From contig JBGSVZ010000042.1 of the NCBI GenBank assembly GCA_041752695.1, positions 1-64,000 on the forward strand: 64,000 bases of DNA, in the 5' to 3' direction. Position numbers and translations under genes: made by a program. This document shows, piece by piece, positions 47,729-57,558 of this stretch; the first letter of the stretch is position 1, and each line of letters opens with the position of its first letter. The notes below the pieces were generated by a model, which worked only from the letters and a program-made list of their open reading frames with translations, was not told the origin of the DNA and ran no database searches. Origin of the DNA: Terrimicrobiaceae bacterium (GTDB lineage Bacteria > Verrucomicrobiota > Verrucomicrobiia > Chthoniobacterales > Terrimicrobiaceae).

Positions 47729-48070
47729 ATGCAGATCACCGAACGCAGGGAAGGCCCGATTCTCGTCCTCGCCGTTGATGGCCGCCTGGACCACGCCGGA
47801 GCGGCAACTTTTCAGGAATGCGCCGTCAACCATATCAAAAATGGCGAGCGCTCCCTCGTGGTGGACTTCGGCGGCACCAGCTTTGTCGCCAGCATGGGCA
47901 TCCGCGCGATCATCGTTCCGTCGCAGGAAATGTCGCGCGCCGGCGGGCGCTTCGGTATGGCTGGGCTCAGCCCGCAGCTTCGCCAGCTTTTCGAGATTTC
48001 CGGACTGCTCAAGGTTTTCACCGTTTATCCCACCGTGGCCGATGCTGCTGCCGATGGCGTCTGGAACTGA
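47729..48070 (+). CDS. STAS-domain anti-sigma factor antagonist
   Basis: GRLD, VDFGGTSFVASMGI and LFEISGL motifs. Confidence 0.88.
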   Translation: MQITERREGPILVLAVDGRLDHAGAATFQECAVNHIKNGERSLVVDFGGTSFVASMGIRAIIVPSQEMSRAGGRFGMAGLSPQLRQLFEISGLLKVFTVYPTVADAAADGVWN

Positions 48071-48887
48071 TACCAAATCCGGCGCCGTTGGAGTCCACGC
48101 TTTAGCGTGCGCTTCTAAGGACAGCCTGAAGGCTGGACTCCAACAGCGGGTCCTCGGCGTCCTATTTTTACTCGCACTCGTTTCGTCACCGGCCCTGGCG
48201 CTCGACGCCTCGGTGACGCAACTCGTCGTCTCCGTCGCGCCCTCCTGGAACTCCTCCACCGGCAAACTCCAGCTTTTCGAACGCGACGGGAAAACCTGGC
48301 GGGCGGTGTCCGCGCCGATCCGCGTCCTCTACGGAAAAAACGGCCTCGCCTGGGGCCGGGGCCTCCGGCAGGGCGACGACGGATTGCAGAAAATCGAGCG
48401 CGACAAACGCGCCCCGGCCGGAGTGTTTCAGATTGGAAAAATTTACACTTACGACAAGGCGCTGCCGGAGGGGGCGGACTACCCTTTTCACACCATCACG
48501 GAACGCGATGCCTGGATCGATGACCCCGCCCTTCCCGAATACAACCGGCACGTCGTGGTCGACCCCGCCAATGTCCCGCCCTGGTTCGAAAAACAGAAAA
48601 TGCGCCTCAACGATCCTCCGCATCGCTGGCTGGTGGAGATCCGGCACAATGCGGACCCTCCGGTTGCGGGCGCGGGCAGTGCGATCTTTTTTCACATCCA
48701 ACGCGGCCCGGAGCGCGCCTCCGCCGGGTGTACGGTCATGACTCAACCGGCTCTGGTGAACCTCATCCGCTGGCTGCGGTCGGCGGCGAACCCTCAATAC
48801 GTCCTGCTCCCCGCCGAGGAATATCGGGCGCGTTGGAAATCCTGGGGGCTGCCGCCGCCGGAAGTCGCCGCCGTTTTGCTGGAATAG
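48054..48887 (+). CDS. L,D-transpeptidase (YkuD-like) family protein
   Basis: ERDKRAPAG and GSAIFFH...SAGC motifs; signal h-region; start uncertain. Confidence 0.8.
   Translation: MASGTDTKSGAVGVHALACASKDSLKAGLQQRVLGVLFLLALVSSPALALDASVTQLVVSVAPSWNSSTGKLQLFERDGKTWRAVSAPIRVLYGKNGLAWGRGLRQGDDGLQKIERDKRAPAGVFQIGKIYTYDKALPEGADYPFHTITERDAWIDDPALPEYNRHVVVDPANVPPWFEKQKMRLNDPPHRWLVEIRHNADPPVAGAGSAIFFHIQRGPERASAGCTVMTQPALVNLIRWLRSAANPQYVLLPAEEYRARWKSWGLPPPEVAAVLLE
48087..48144. repeat. REP doublet (REPIN-like palindrome)
   Basis: GTTGGAGTCCACGCTTTAGCGTG ... CAGCCTGAAGGCTGGACTCCAAC; 11-bp perfect outer IR and each arm forms a hairpin. Confidence 0.8.
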
Positions 48888-48926
48888 TCGGCGAAGGTGC
48901 CGCTGAGTTTTTCTTCCGGAATCCCC

Positions 48927-50051
48927 ATGCGCATTGCCTTCGCCATGATCAACTGCAACCGCCGCGACGGCAGTGCGCGGGCGGTGAATGAGGTCGCCGA
49001 GCGGCTTGCGCGCCGCGGCCACCAGGTGGATCTCTACGCTCGCCGGGCCGAGGATCTCGATCTCACGGCCGTCCGCTGGCACAAGGTTCCGGGACCTGAC
49101 CGGCCGGAAGTGGCGGACTTTTGGAGTTACCACACCGCGGTGAATCGCACCCTGCGCACGCACGACTACGACATCGTCCATTCCATCGGGCCGAACACCC
49201 TCCGCGCCAATGTTGTGACCATCCAAAACATCCAGCCAGCGAAGCGGGAAATTCTCGCGCAGTTCGCGGCGGAGGAAAACGTTTCGACCCTGCGGCGTTT
49301 CACCCGAAATTTGTATCTGCGCGTGACCAGCGCCGCGGAGAAAAAACTCTACACGCGCCAACCCGGTCCGCTTTTCCTTCCGGTCTCGCGCGGGGTGGAA
49401 AGCGAACTCCGCCGGTATTACGCCATCGGGAATTCGCCCGTTCGCATCGTGCCGAACGCTGCCGACACCGCCATTTTCCGACCGCAATCCCGGGAAAAAA
49501 ATCTCGCCTGGAGGGCAGCGAATGGGTTGGGGCCGGAAGATCGCGTCTGTTTGTTTTCCGGCGGCGAATGGGCGCGCAAGGGTCTCGATCTGGCCATTCG
49601 CGCAATGGCAGAGGTGGACGCCCAGCTATTTGTCGCGGGCGACGATCCGGACCGCGAACGCTTCAAGAGCCTGGCGAGGGATTGCGGCGCGAGAGTGATC
49701 TTCGGAGGGTTCCGCCAGGACATGGCGGCGGACATGGCGGCGGCGGATGTTTTTCTTTTTCCCAGCCACTACGAAGCCTTCAGCCTGGCCACGATCGAAG
49801 CGGCGGCCTGCGGACTCCCGATCGTCGCCACCAAAATCAATGGCACTGAGGACTTCATCCAGCCCGGGGTGAACGGAGAGTTTGTCCTCCCCGATCCGGC
49901 CCACATCGCGAGCGTCCTCCGGCCGCTCCTCGCCGCGCCAGAAGCTCTGCAAGCCATGGGGGAACGCGGGCGCGATATCGTGGAGAAAAACTACACATGG
50001 GATCGTGTTGCCGATCTCACCGAGGAGGCTTACAAGACGGTGCTCCCATGA
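48927..50051 (+). CDS. glycosyltransferase family 4
   Basis: FPSHYEAFSLATIEAAACGLP (EX7E). Confidence 0.93.
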   Translation: MRIAFAMINCNRRDGSARAVNEVAERLARRGHQVDLYARRAEDLDLTAVRWHKVPGPDRPEVADFWSYHTAVNRTLRTHDYDIVHSIGPNTLRANVVTIQNIQPAKREILAQFAAEENVSTLRRFTRNLYLRVTSAAEKKLYTRQPGPLFLPVSRGVESELRRYYAIGNSPVRIVPNAADTAIFRPQSREKNLAWRAANGLGPEDRVCLFSGGEWARKGLDLAIRAMAEVDAQLFVAGDDPDRERFKSLARDCGARVIFGGFRQDMAADMAAADVFLFPSHYEAFSLATIEAAACGLPIVATKINGTEDFIQPGVNGEFVLPDPAHIASVLRPLLAAPEALQAMGERGRDIVEKNYTWDRVADLTEEAYKTVLP

Positions 50052-51199
50052 GACTTCTTGTTGTCAGTCACTCCTGCGCCACCGCGGCGAATCAGCGCCT
50101 GTACGGCGAACTCGAGTCTCTCACCGGATGGAAACTGACCCTGGTCATTCCTTCGCCCTGGAAAGATGAATTCGGCAACACCCTCGACGAGAAACCCTGG
50201 CCGGGCTTCGCGGGACACATTCGAAAAATTCCCGTTCTCGGCAACGGCAACATCATTTTGCATGTCTATCGGACCGCCTGGGCCTCGTGGCTCAAACGCG
50301 AACGGTTCGATGCGATCTACGTGAACCACGAACCCTACGCACTCGCCACCGCCCAGGTCTGTCTGGCCAACCGCGGACTCCCCTCGGCGTTCGGATTTTA
50401 TTCGTGTCAGAATATTGCGAAAAAATACCCCTTCCCCATCGCGAGATTGGAACGCCTGGTTTACGAAAACAGCCGCTTTGCCTTCCCGATCACCAATGCC
50501 GTGGCCGATGTTCTGCGGGCCAAAGGGTACCGCGGTTCGGCCACCGTCTGCCCGCTTCCGGTCGATCCGGCACTCTACCGTCCGTTCGGCGATGCCGACG
50601 CGGCGAGCTTGCTGCCGCGGGCATCCGGCGAAGTCGTGATCGGATTTGTCGGCCGTCTGGTCGAGCCGAAAGGACTGCGCACCCTGGCGGCGGCGCTGGG
50701 TCAGATCAAATCCCTCAAATGGAAACTGGTCCTGATCGGCACGGGCGAATTCGAGACAACCTTCCGCGGACTCCTGGCGGCGGAAGGCGTGGCGGAACGC
50801 GCGACGTTCCTTGGATATATTCCACACGAACAAACGCCGCGCTACCTTAGCGCCTTTGATCTGCTCGTGCTGCCCTCCGAGACGCAGCCCAATTGGAAGG
50901 AGCAGTTTGGCCGCGTGATTCCCGAGGCGTTGTCCTGTGGCACGCCGGTGGTCGGATCCGACTCCGGCGAGATTCCCCAGCTCATCACAGCGAGCGGAGG
51001 CGGGGTCATTTTCGCGGAAAAAAACGCCACCGAACTCGCGGCCAGTCTGCGTCGCCTGGCGGAAAATCCCCGGCTGCGGCGGGACCTTGCGGCCAAGGGC
51101 ATGCAATGGACGGCAGAGACCATTTCGTTGAGCGCCGTCGCGACCAAAATGGCCGGCTCCATCGAACGCGCCGTGGAGTTCAAATCTCATGCGGCCTAG
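50048..51199 (+). CDS. glycosyltransferase family 4
   Basis: GRLVEPKG and EQFGRVIPEALSCG motifs. Confidence 0.93.
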   Translation: MRLLVVSHSCATAANQRLYGELESLTGWKLTLVIPSPWKDEFGNTLDEKPWPGFAGHIRKIPVLGNGNIILHVYRTAWASWLKRERFDAIYVNHEPYALATAQVCLANRGLPSAFGFYSCQNIAKKYPFPIARLERLVYENSRFAFPITNAVADVLRAKGYRGSATVCPLPVDPALYRPFGDADAASLLPRASGEVVIGFVGRLVEPKGLRTLAAALGQIKSLKWKLVLIGTGEFETTFRGLLAAEGVAERATFLGYIPHEQTPRYLSAFDLLVLPSETQPNWKEQFGRVIPEALSCGTPVVGSDSGEIPQLITASGGGVIFAEKNATELAASLRRLAENPRLRRDLAAKGMQWTAETISLSAVATKMAGSIERAVEFKSHAA

Positions 51200-51644
51200 A
51201 ACCCCCGAGCAGCTCTGGGCGCTCTCCCGCCGGTTACATCGCGGAGGCTGGTTGCAACTGGCCCGCCTCGTCAAGCTGGCGAACTGGATGCTGCACAAAT
51301 GCCTCCTGCCCGCCGAGGCCGTGGTGGGCGAAAATCTTTTGTTGGAGCACTACGCGCTCGGCGTGGTGATTCACCCGCAGGTGACGATCGGGGACAGCTG
51401 CCGGATTTTTCACCACGTCACCCTCGCCGCGGAGAGCGCCATCGGATCGGAGCACCGCATCGTGCTTGGCAACGGCGTGACCATCGGCGCGCATTCCATC
51501 GTGGTGGCCCGACACGACCATTCTCTCCATCTCGGCGAAGGCAGCGTGCTGGGTGCCGGATCCGTGCTTCTCACGAATGTCCCACCCTTTCAGGTCTGGG
51601 CAGGGAACCCCGCCGCTAAAATTAAAGACATTCCGCGGCCGTGA
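51189..51644 (+). CDS. hexapeptide-repeat acetyltransferase (serine acetyltransferase-like)
   Basis: GVVIHP..IGDSCRIFHHVTL and WAGNPA motifs. Confidence 0.88.
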   Translation: MRPRTPEQLWALSRRLHRGGWLQLARLVKLANWMLHKCLLPAEAVVGENLLLEHYALGVVIHPQVTIGDSCRIFHHVTLAAESAIGSEHRIVLGNGVTIGAHSIVVARHDHSLHLGEGSVLGAGSVLLTNVPPFQVWAGNPAAKIKDIPRP

Positions 51645-52771
51645 AACATTTGCGCATCCTCGAAGTCGGCATGCACTTCGATCCGTCCGGCGGGGGTGCG
51701 GACCGCTATTTTTCCGGCCTCCTCGGCGGGCTTCAGGATCTCGGCGCGGACGTTTCCGCAGCCGCCTTCGGCCTTCCGGGACCGGAAATTGCGTCAGCCC
51801 TCCCACTGGGTGGTGCGATGACCGGACTGCTCGCCCGCCTCCAGGCGATCCGCCGGCTCCGCCCTGCCTTACGCGAGCCCGGGCGTCTGGTGGCAACACA
51901 CTTTGCCTTGTATGCCCTCCCGCTTTCGCCTCTCCGTCACGTCCCGCATGTCGTGCATTTCCACGGCCCCTGGGCGGGAGAATCCGCCCGGGAGGGTCAG
52001 AACGCCCTCGTCATTGCGGCCAAACGCTGGGTGGAACGACAAGTCTACGGCTCAGCCACCCGGCTGGTCGCGCTGTCCACGGCGTTTCGCGACATCCTTT
52101 GTTCAGAATACGGCGTGCCAGAACACCGCGTGTGCGTCATCCCGGGGGGGGTCGATATCTCCCGCTTCCGGCCCGCCGAAAATCAAACGGCGGCCCGGCT
52201 GCAAATCAACTGGCCTCCCGAGAAAAAAATCATTCTCTGCGTGCGCCGCCTGGTGAATCGCATGGGCTTGGAAAATCTCGTCGCCGCCTTCGCCCAAATC
52301 GCGCCCCGCCATCCCGACGCCCTTCTGCACGTGGCAGGGCGCGGCCCGCTAGCCGAAGAACTGCGTGCACAGGCCACCGCTTTGGGCGTGAGCGACCAGG
52401 TTCGGCTGGTCGGTTTCCTTTCCGATCACGACCTGCCCACTGCCTATGCGGCGGCCGATTTTTCCATCGTTCCTTCCGGGGCCTTGGAAGGATTCGGCCT
52501 CATCACGCTCGAATCCCTCGCCTGCGGCACGCCGGTGCTGGTGACGCCGGTCGGCGGACTGCCCGAGGCGGTGAGCGCATTGGACCCCGGCTTGGTGCTG
52601 AAAGGATGCGATGTCGAAGCGCTGGCCGAGGGATTGGCCCGCGCTCTTGCGGGCGGTCTTCCGTCCTCACACGCCTGCCGGGAATACGCGGCGAACGGTT
52701 TTGCTTGGCCACAAATTGCCCGGCGGGTTCTGGCGGTGTATGAGGAGGCAGCGAATGATTCTTCTCGTTGA
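51641..52771 (+). CDS. glycosyltransferase family 4
   Basis: EGFGLITLESLACGTP. Confidence 0.93.
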   Translation: MKHLRILEVGMHFDPSGGGADRYFSGLLGGLQDLGADVSAAAFGLPGPEIASALPLGGAMTGLLARLQAIRRLRPALREPGRLVATHFALYALPLSPLRHVPHVVHFHGPWAGESAREGQNALVIAAKRWVERQVYGSATRLVALSTAFRDILCSEYGVPEHRVCVIPGGVDISRFRPAENQTAARLQINWPPEKKIILCVRRLVNRMGLENLVAAFAQIAPRHPDALLHVAGRGPLAEELRAQATALGVSDQVRLVGFLSDHDLPTAYAAADFSIVPSGALEGFGLITLESLACGTPVLVTPVGGLPEAVSALDPGLVLKGCDVEALAEGLARALAGGLPSSHACREYAANGFAWPQIARRVLAVYEEAANDSSR

Positions 52772-53891
52772 CCAAAGCGGACAACTCGGCGGAGCGGAAC
52801 TCTGCCTAGCCGATCTCGCCATGCATCGCCGGCACGATGCCAAAGTGGTGCTCTTTTCCGAAGGTCCCTTTGCCGACCACTTGCGGGATCGCCAGATCAC
52901 GACGGAAGTCCTTCCCCTCCCCGGTGCCGCCTCCCGCATCACCAAAACGACTTCCGCTCTCACTCTGGCCGCCAGTCTGCCCGCGCAGCTCTCTCATGGA
53001 CTCGCCCTGAGGCGGAGAATTCGCGAAGCCCGCCTGGTTTATCTCAATACGGCCAAGGCGCTCGTTTACGGCACCGCGGCGAATTTTCCGCACCTAAGAC
53101 CAGCCGTTTATCACCTCCACGATCTGCTCGATCCCAGGCATTTCAGCGCGACCAATATCCGCGTCCTCGTCGCCGCAGCCAACCGTGCCCAAATCGTCAT
53201 CGCGAACTCCCGCGCCACGGCCGAAGCCTTCACCGAGGCTGGCGGACACACCCGGACAGAAATTGTCCCCAACGGCTTCGACCCCGCGCCTTTTGATGCC
53301 GTCTCCGACGCGCAAGCTGCCGCCTTGCGGGCGGAACTGAATCCCGAAGGCCTCCCCGTCGCCGCCATCTTCGGACGACTCGCCCGATGGAAAGGGCAGG
53401 ATGTTCTGCTCCGCGCCGCCGCCCGTCTGCCGGAACTCGCGGTCTGGGTTGTCGGGGACGCCCTTTTTACGGACGATGACCGCGCCTACGCCGAAGAGGT
53501 CCGCAAACTCGCCGCCGGGCTCGGGTCCCGGGTGAAATTTTTGGGGTTCCGCCCGGACATCCCGGCCTTGATGAAGGCGGCGGACATCGTCGTGCACTGC
53601 TCCACTGCGCCGGAACCTTTCGGTCGCGTTCTGGTCGAAGCCATGCTCGCCCGCCGTCCGGTCGTGGCCGCCAGGGCGGGCGGACCCATTGAAATTCTGG
53701 ACGACAATTCCGCCGGCCGTCTGGTTTCCCCAGGTGACGTCAGTTCCCTCGAGGACGCTCTCCGCCGTCTCCTCCAGTCCCCAGCGGAACGCGAAAAACT
53801 CGGGCTCGCCGGACGTCGGCGCGCGGAGGCTGAATATTCCTTGTCCCGCGTCCTGGCCCGCACCGACGCCATCCTGGCTTCACTTTCATGA
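52755..53891 (+). CDS. glycosyltransferase family 4
   Basis: GGAE, GRLARWKG and EPFGRVLVEAM motifs. Confidence 0.93.
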   Translation: MILLVDQSGQLGGAELCLADLAMHRRHDAKVVLFSEGPFADHLRDRQITTEVLPLPGAASRITKTTSALTLAASLPAQLSHGLALRRRIREARLVYLNTAKALVYGTAANFPHLRPAVYHLHDLLDPRHFSATNIRVLVAAANRAQIVIANSRATAEAFTEAGGHTRTEIVPNGFDPAPFDAVSDAQAAALRAELNPEGLPVAAIFGRLARWKGQDVLLRAAARLPELAVWVVGDALFTDDDRAYAEEVRKLAAGLGSRVKFLGFRPDIPALMKAADIVVHCSTAPEPFGRVLVEAMLARRPVVAARAGGPIEILDDNSAGRLVSPGDVSSLEDALRRLLQSPAEREKLGLAGRRRAEAEYSLSRVLARTDAILASLS

Positions 53892-54970
53892 AACTCGTCC
53901 TCGCTCACGACTATCTCATCCAGATGGGCGGCGCGGAACGCGTGCTTGCTGCCATGCACCGGCACTACCCGCAGGCACCCATCTACACAAGCGCGGTGGC
54001 CCGGGACATTCTCTGGCAGGATTTTAACGATGCCGACATCCGCACCTCCTGGCTGCAAAATGCCCCGCTCATCCGGCACCACACCCATTTCAAAAAATAC
54101 CTTCCCCTTTACCCCGCCGCGTTCCGATCGTTCGGGCGCGTAAAGGCGGACTGCGCCTGGATCAGTTCCAGCACCTTTGCCAAATACATGCGTTTTGCTC
54201 CAGGCACCCGCACGGTGTGTTACGTTCACAACCCCACCCGCTTTCTTTGGCAGACGGACGAATACCTTGATCACGAGGTCGGGAATTCGGCCATCAACCG
54301 CCTGATCCGTCTCGCCCTCCCGATCTTGCGCCGACGGGACATCGCCGCGGTCCGTCGGCTCGACGTCCTGGTCGCCAATTCTCACAACGTCCAGGAGCGC
54401 ATCCGGCGCTGTTACGGTCGCGAATCGATCGTCATTCCCCCGCCGGTACAAACCCACCGTTTCACCCTCTCCGAATCGAGCGAGGATTTTTACCTCATCG
54501 TCTCTCGCCTGCTCGGATACAAGAATGTCGATCTCGCCGTGCGGGCGTTTTCCCGCAGTGGAAAAAATCTCATCGTCCTCGGCGACGGACCACAGCGGGA
54601 GGCCTTGGAAAAACTCGCCGGCCCCTCCGTGCAAATCCTCGGCCGCCTCCCCGATCCGGAAGTTCTCGCGCACTTCCGACGCTGCCGGGCATTTTTGTTC
54701 CCTGGGCACGAAGATTTCGGCATCACTCCCGTCGAGGCCATGGCCTGCGGCAAACCGGTCATCGCCCTCCAAAAAGGCGGGGCGCTGGAAACCGTCGTCG
54801 AAGGTCTCACCGGAGTCTTTTTTGACGAACCCAACGCCGATGCCCTGACCGCCGCGGTGGAAAAAAGCGAAAAAATCCGCTGGGAACCGCGCCGCATTCG
54901 CGCCCACGCCGAACAATTTTCCGAGCAGGGTTTTTTGGAAAAAATGGACGCCGTCCTGTTCGGTCAGTAG
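53888..54970 (+). CDS. glycosyltransferase family 4 (mannosyltransferase-like)
   Basis: HDYLIQMGGAERV and EDFGITPVEAMACG motifs. Confidence 0.93.
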   Translation: MKLVLAHDYLIQMGGAERVLAAMHRHYPQAPIYTSAVARDILWQDFNDADIRTSWLQNAPLIRHHTHFKKYLPLYPAAFRSFGRVKADCAWISSSTFAKYMRFAPGTRTVCYVHNPTRFLWQTDEYLDHEVGNSAINRLIRLALPILRRRDIAAVRRLDVLVANSHNVQERIRRCYGRESIVIPPPVQTHRFTLSESSEDFYLIVSRLLGYKNVDLAVRAFSRSGKNLIVLGDGPQREALEKLAGPSVQILGRLPDPEVLAHFRRCRAFLFPGHEDFGITPVEAMACGKPVIALQKGGALETVVEGLTGVFFDEPNADALTAAVEKSEKIRWEPRRIRAHAEQFSEQGFLEKMDAVLFGQ

Positions 54971-56367
54971 GCCGTCTTGGGAGGCCGCACCAAATGCAGG
55001 GCGGTCACCCAGACAATCCGGATGTCCAGCAAAAGTGACCACGTCTCGATGTATTCGATGTCACACTCGACCCGGCGAACCACATCCTCCCGCGTCGCGG
55101 TTTCCCCCCGGAACCCGCGGATCTGCGCCAGCCCCGTGATTCCCGGCTTCACAAACCCCCGGATGCGGTAGGAAGACATCACCTCGGCAAAAATCATGTC
55201 ATGCTGGGGCATGTGGGGACGCGGCCCGACCAGACTCATGTGGCCGAGCAGCACATTAAAAAACTGCGGGAACTCATCCAGACTAAAACGGCGGAGCAGG
55301 CTCCCCGCCGGATAAATCCGACTATCCGCCACCGTTGCCTGCTTGCCGGAATCCACCGGACTCGCATACATGCTGCGAAACTTGAAGATGGCGAAGGGCC
55401 GGTTGTCCGTTCCAGACCGAAGCTGACGGAAAAACACCGGACCGGGCGCCTGCATGCGCTGAACAATCCAAACGATGACGACCAACGGTGGCAGAACAAA
55501 AACCACCACGGGAAGACTCAGCGTGATATCGAGGGCGCGTTTGACAGCGCGATTCACCAGGTTCTGCAAGGGCTCTTCCCGCAGCTCAATCAGGTCCACA
55601 TTGTCGCAGCGAAAATACGAGAGCCGGCGTTGCAAAAACACGTCGAGGTCGTTGACCAACGACACCCGGCAACCCCGCGCCTCGGCCAGGCGCATCCACC
55701 CGCCCAACATCCGCCGGTCCCGCGGACTTCCCAGGATGAAGATGTTTTCCACATCCTGCTCGGTGAGGATCTTTTCGAGATCATCGGGATCGCCGAGTTT
55801 GGCCAGTCCGGGAGGCAATTCGTCGGGTGAGGCATCCGTCACGATGCCCATGGTTTCCAAACCAAACAATTTCGCCTTGGTCAAGAGCGACTGGACATGG
55901 GGAATCTCCGAGGGCTGGCCGACCAGCAGGAGACGCTGCCTTTGATGCCGCAGAAAGAAGCGCAGGATATCGAGCGCGAAAAACCGGGTGAAAATCAACA
56001 ACACCACGTAGGTGAGCGGCAAAAATGTGAAGAGGAAAAGCCGGGAAATCACCTGCTCCTTCGTCAGCACAAGAAACATACAGGAGATTGCCCCGGCAAA
56101 AACGACCGGGGTCCAGATCAACCGGTGGCTTTCGACCACTCCAGAGGAGACGGAGAGAATGTCGTTCTGTCGGGAGGTCAGGAACGCGACCTGAAAAGCC
56201 AGGGCGGTGGCGAGGAAATATTCAAAATAGTTCGTCGACCCGGCCAGCGTCACCCCGGGCACCAGCCGGTCGAGCACGAAGAAGTACACCCAGTACAACA
56301 CACTCATCACGAGGGTCACCCCGATCTGATACGCTTGGATCAGGCCAAGCTCACGATGCTGAAACAT
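54964..56367 (-). CDS. polyprenyl-phosphate priming sugar transferase (WcaJ-like)
   Basis: KRALD, FKFRSM, SLDEFPQF, MSLVGPRP and KPGITGLAQ motifs. Confidence 0.95.
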   Translation of the reverse strand: MFQHRELGLIQAYQIGVTLVMSVLYWVYFFVLDRLVPGVTLAGSTNYFEYFLATALAFQVAFLTSRQNDILSVSSGVVESHRLIWTPVVFAGAISCMFLVLTKEQVISRLFLFTFLPLTYVVLLIFTRFFALDILRFFLRHQRQRLLLVGQPSEIPHVQSLLTKAKLFGLETMGIVTDASPDELPPGLAKLGDPDDLEKILTEQDVENIFILGSPRDRRMLGGWMRLAEARGCRVSLVNDLDVFLQRRLSYFRCDNVDLIELREEPLQNLVNRAVKRALDITLSLPVVVFVLPPLVVIVWIVQRMQAPGPVFFRQLRSGTDNRPFAIFKFRSMYASPVDSGKQATVADSRIYPAGSLLRRFSLDEFPQFFNVLLGHMSLVGPRPHMPQHDMIFAEVMSSYRIRGFVKPGITGLAQIRGFRGETATREDVVRRVECDIEYIETWSLLLDIRIVWVTALHLVRPPKTAY

Positions 56368-56523
56368 ACCGGCAAATTAACAACGAATTGAGGGAAGCTG
56401 ATTACCCCCACAAACTCCTCACGGCAAGAGGGTTCCAGAGTTTCTAGCGAGATTCGATGCCGGACAAATTTTGGCCAGCACGGATGGATGCTCCGTAAAC
56501 GTCGTCCGCGGGAAGGTTCCGGC

Positions 56524-56546
56524 GTTGAAGTCCAGTCTTCAGGCTG
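56524..56546 (+). repeat. single degenerate REP copy
   Basis: GTTGAAGTCCAGTCTTCAGGCTG, 21/23 identical to the reverse complement of 48122-48144. Confidence 0.65.
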
Positions 56547-56758
56547 CTCCGAACGGCATACCGCGAACCCTGCCCGTCGGCACATGTCCGGGACACTCTC
56601 CAAGTCATGCCCCACCCAACGGCAAGGCCCATGGAAAAACCGCTGCGGGGAACCATCCGTGGCGCGCACCGGCGGGAGAAAGCCCTTCCCCTCGCGCGAA
56701 CCCAACTCCTTGGGTGGTGCAGTATGCGGAGAGGTGCCAGCGCGAGTTTGTCGTGGGA

Positions 56759-56793
56759 TTGACAGTGGCTAGTCCACCATCCACCATGCCATC
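56759..56793 (+). promoter_or_regulatory. leaderless promoter with embedded GntR-type dyad
   Basis: TTGACA-17-CACCAT-6-ATG; spacer holds GTGGCTAGTCCAC. Confidence 0.65.
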
Positions 56794-57546
56794 ATGATCG
56801 AGACACGGAATGTCCATCAGCAGTTGATTGAGCTCTGCCAGCAGGATTTGGCGGCGGGACGCTGGCGTCCGGGCGAGCAGTTTCCCTCGGAACGGGAATT
56901 GGCGTCCAAGCATGCAATCAGCCGGGCCACGGCAAACAAGGTCCTGGCAAAGCTGGTCAGCGAGGGTTGGCTGGAGATGCGCAAAGGAATTGGCTGCTTT
57001 GTGGCCGAAAGGCCTTCTCTTTTCACTTCGCTGAGGCGGATAGAGAGTTTTACGGAATTCGCCAGGGCACAGGGCCACCGTCCCTCGACGCGGTTGGTAG
57101 AATTTCAGTCCAGCACGATCCCTCCCGAGCCCGCGCGAGCTACTTTGGCGTCAGGGGATTCATCGCGGGTGATGTTTATGCGTCGACTGCGCCTGATCGA
57201 TGACGAGGTGGTCATTATGGAGGAGCGATGGTTGCCAGCCGCTTTGTATCCGCGGCTGAGAGCAAAACATCTCGAAGGATCTTTTTACCAACTGTGCCGG
57301 GAACGGTATGGGCTGAGCGTGCAGCGCGAGGAGGCGGAGGTGAGGGCCTCGGAAGCTCCGGAATGGCCGGGAGTCCGATGGACCGTGCCGGCCCTACGCC
57401 TGGCAGGCTTCGGATTTGATGCCGGTCGTCGGCCGCTCTGGTATCAGGTGCTCTATTATCACGGCGGTCGATTTATTCTCAATAATGTCGTGGATAATGC
57501 GGCGGCGGTTCCCCGACTAGAACTCAATTTTCAGACTAAATCCTAA
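56794..57546 (+). CDS. GntR (HutC/UTRA) transcriptional regulator
   Basis: PSERELA..ISRAT..GIGCFV HTH; UTRA RRLRLIDD. Confidence 0.92.
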   Translation: MIETRNVHQQLIELCQQDLAAGRWRPGEQFPSERELASKHAISRATANKVLAKLVSEGWLEMRKGIGCFVAERPSLFTSLRRIESFTEFARAQGHRPSTRLVEFQSSTIPPEPARATLASGDSSRVMFMRRLRLIDDEVVIMEERWLPAALYPRLRAKHLEGSFYQLCRERYGLSVQREEAEVRASEAPEWPGVRWTVPALRLAGFGFDAGRRPLWYQVLYYHGGRFILNNVVDNAAAVPRLELNFQTKS

Positions 57547-57558
57547 CCTCTCCTACTT

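Noticed and set aside
47012..48053. Long ORF-track starts for the STAS (47012) and transpeptidase (47775) genes
   Set aside because: They overlap cimA and the STAS gene; realistic starts are 47729 and 48054
53486..55042. 518-aa minus-strand ORF
   Set aside because: Shadow of glycosyltransferase genes
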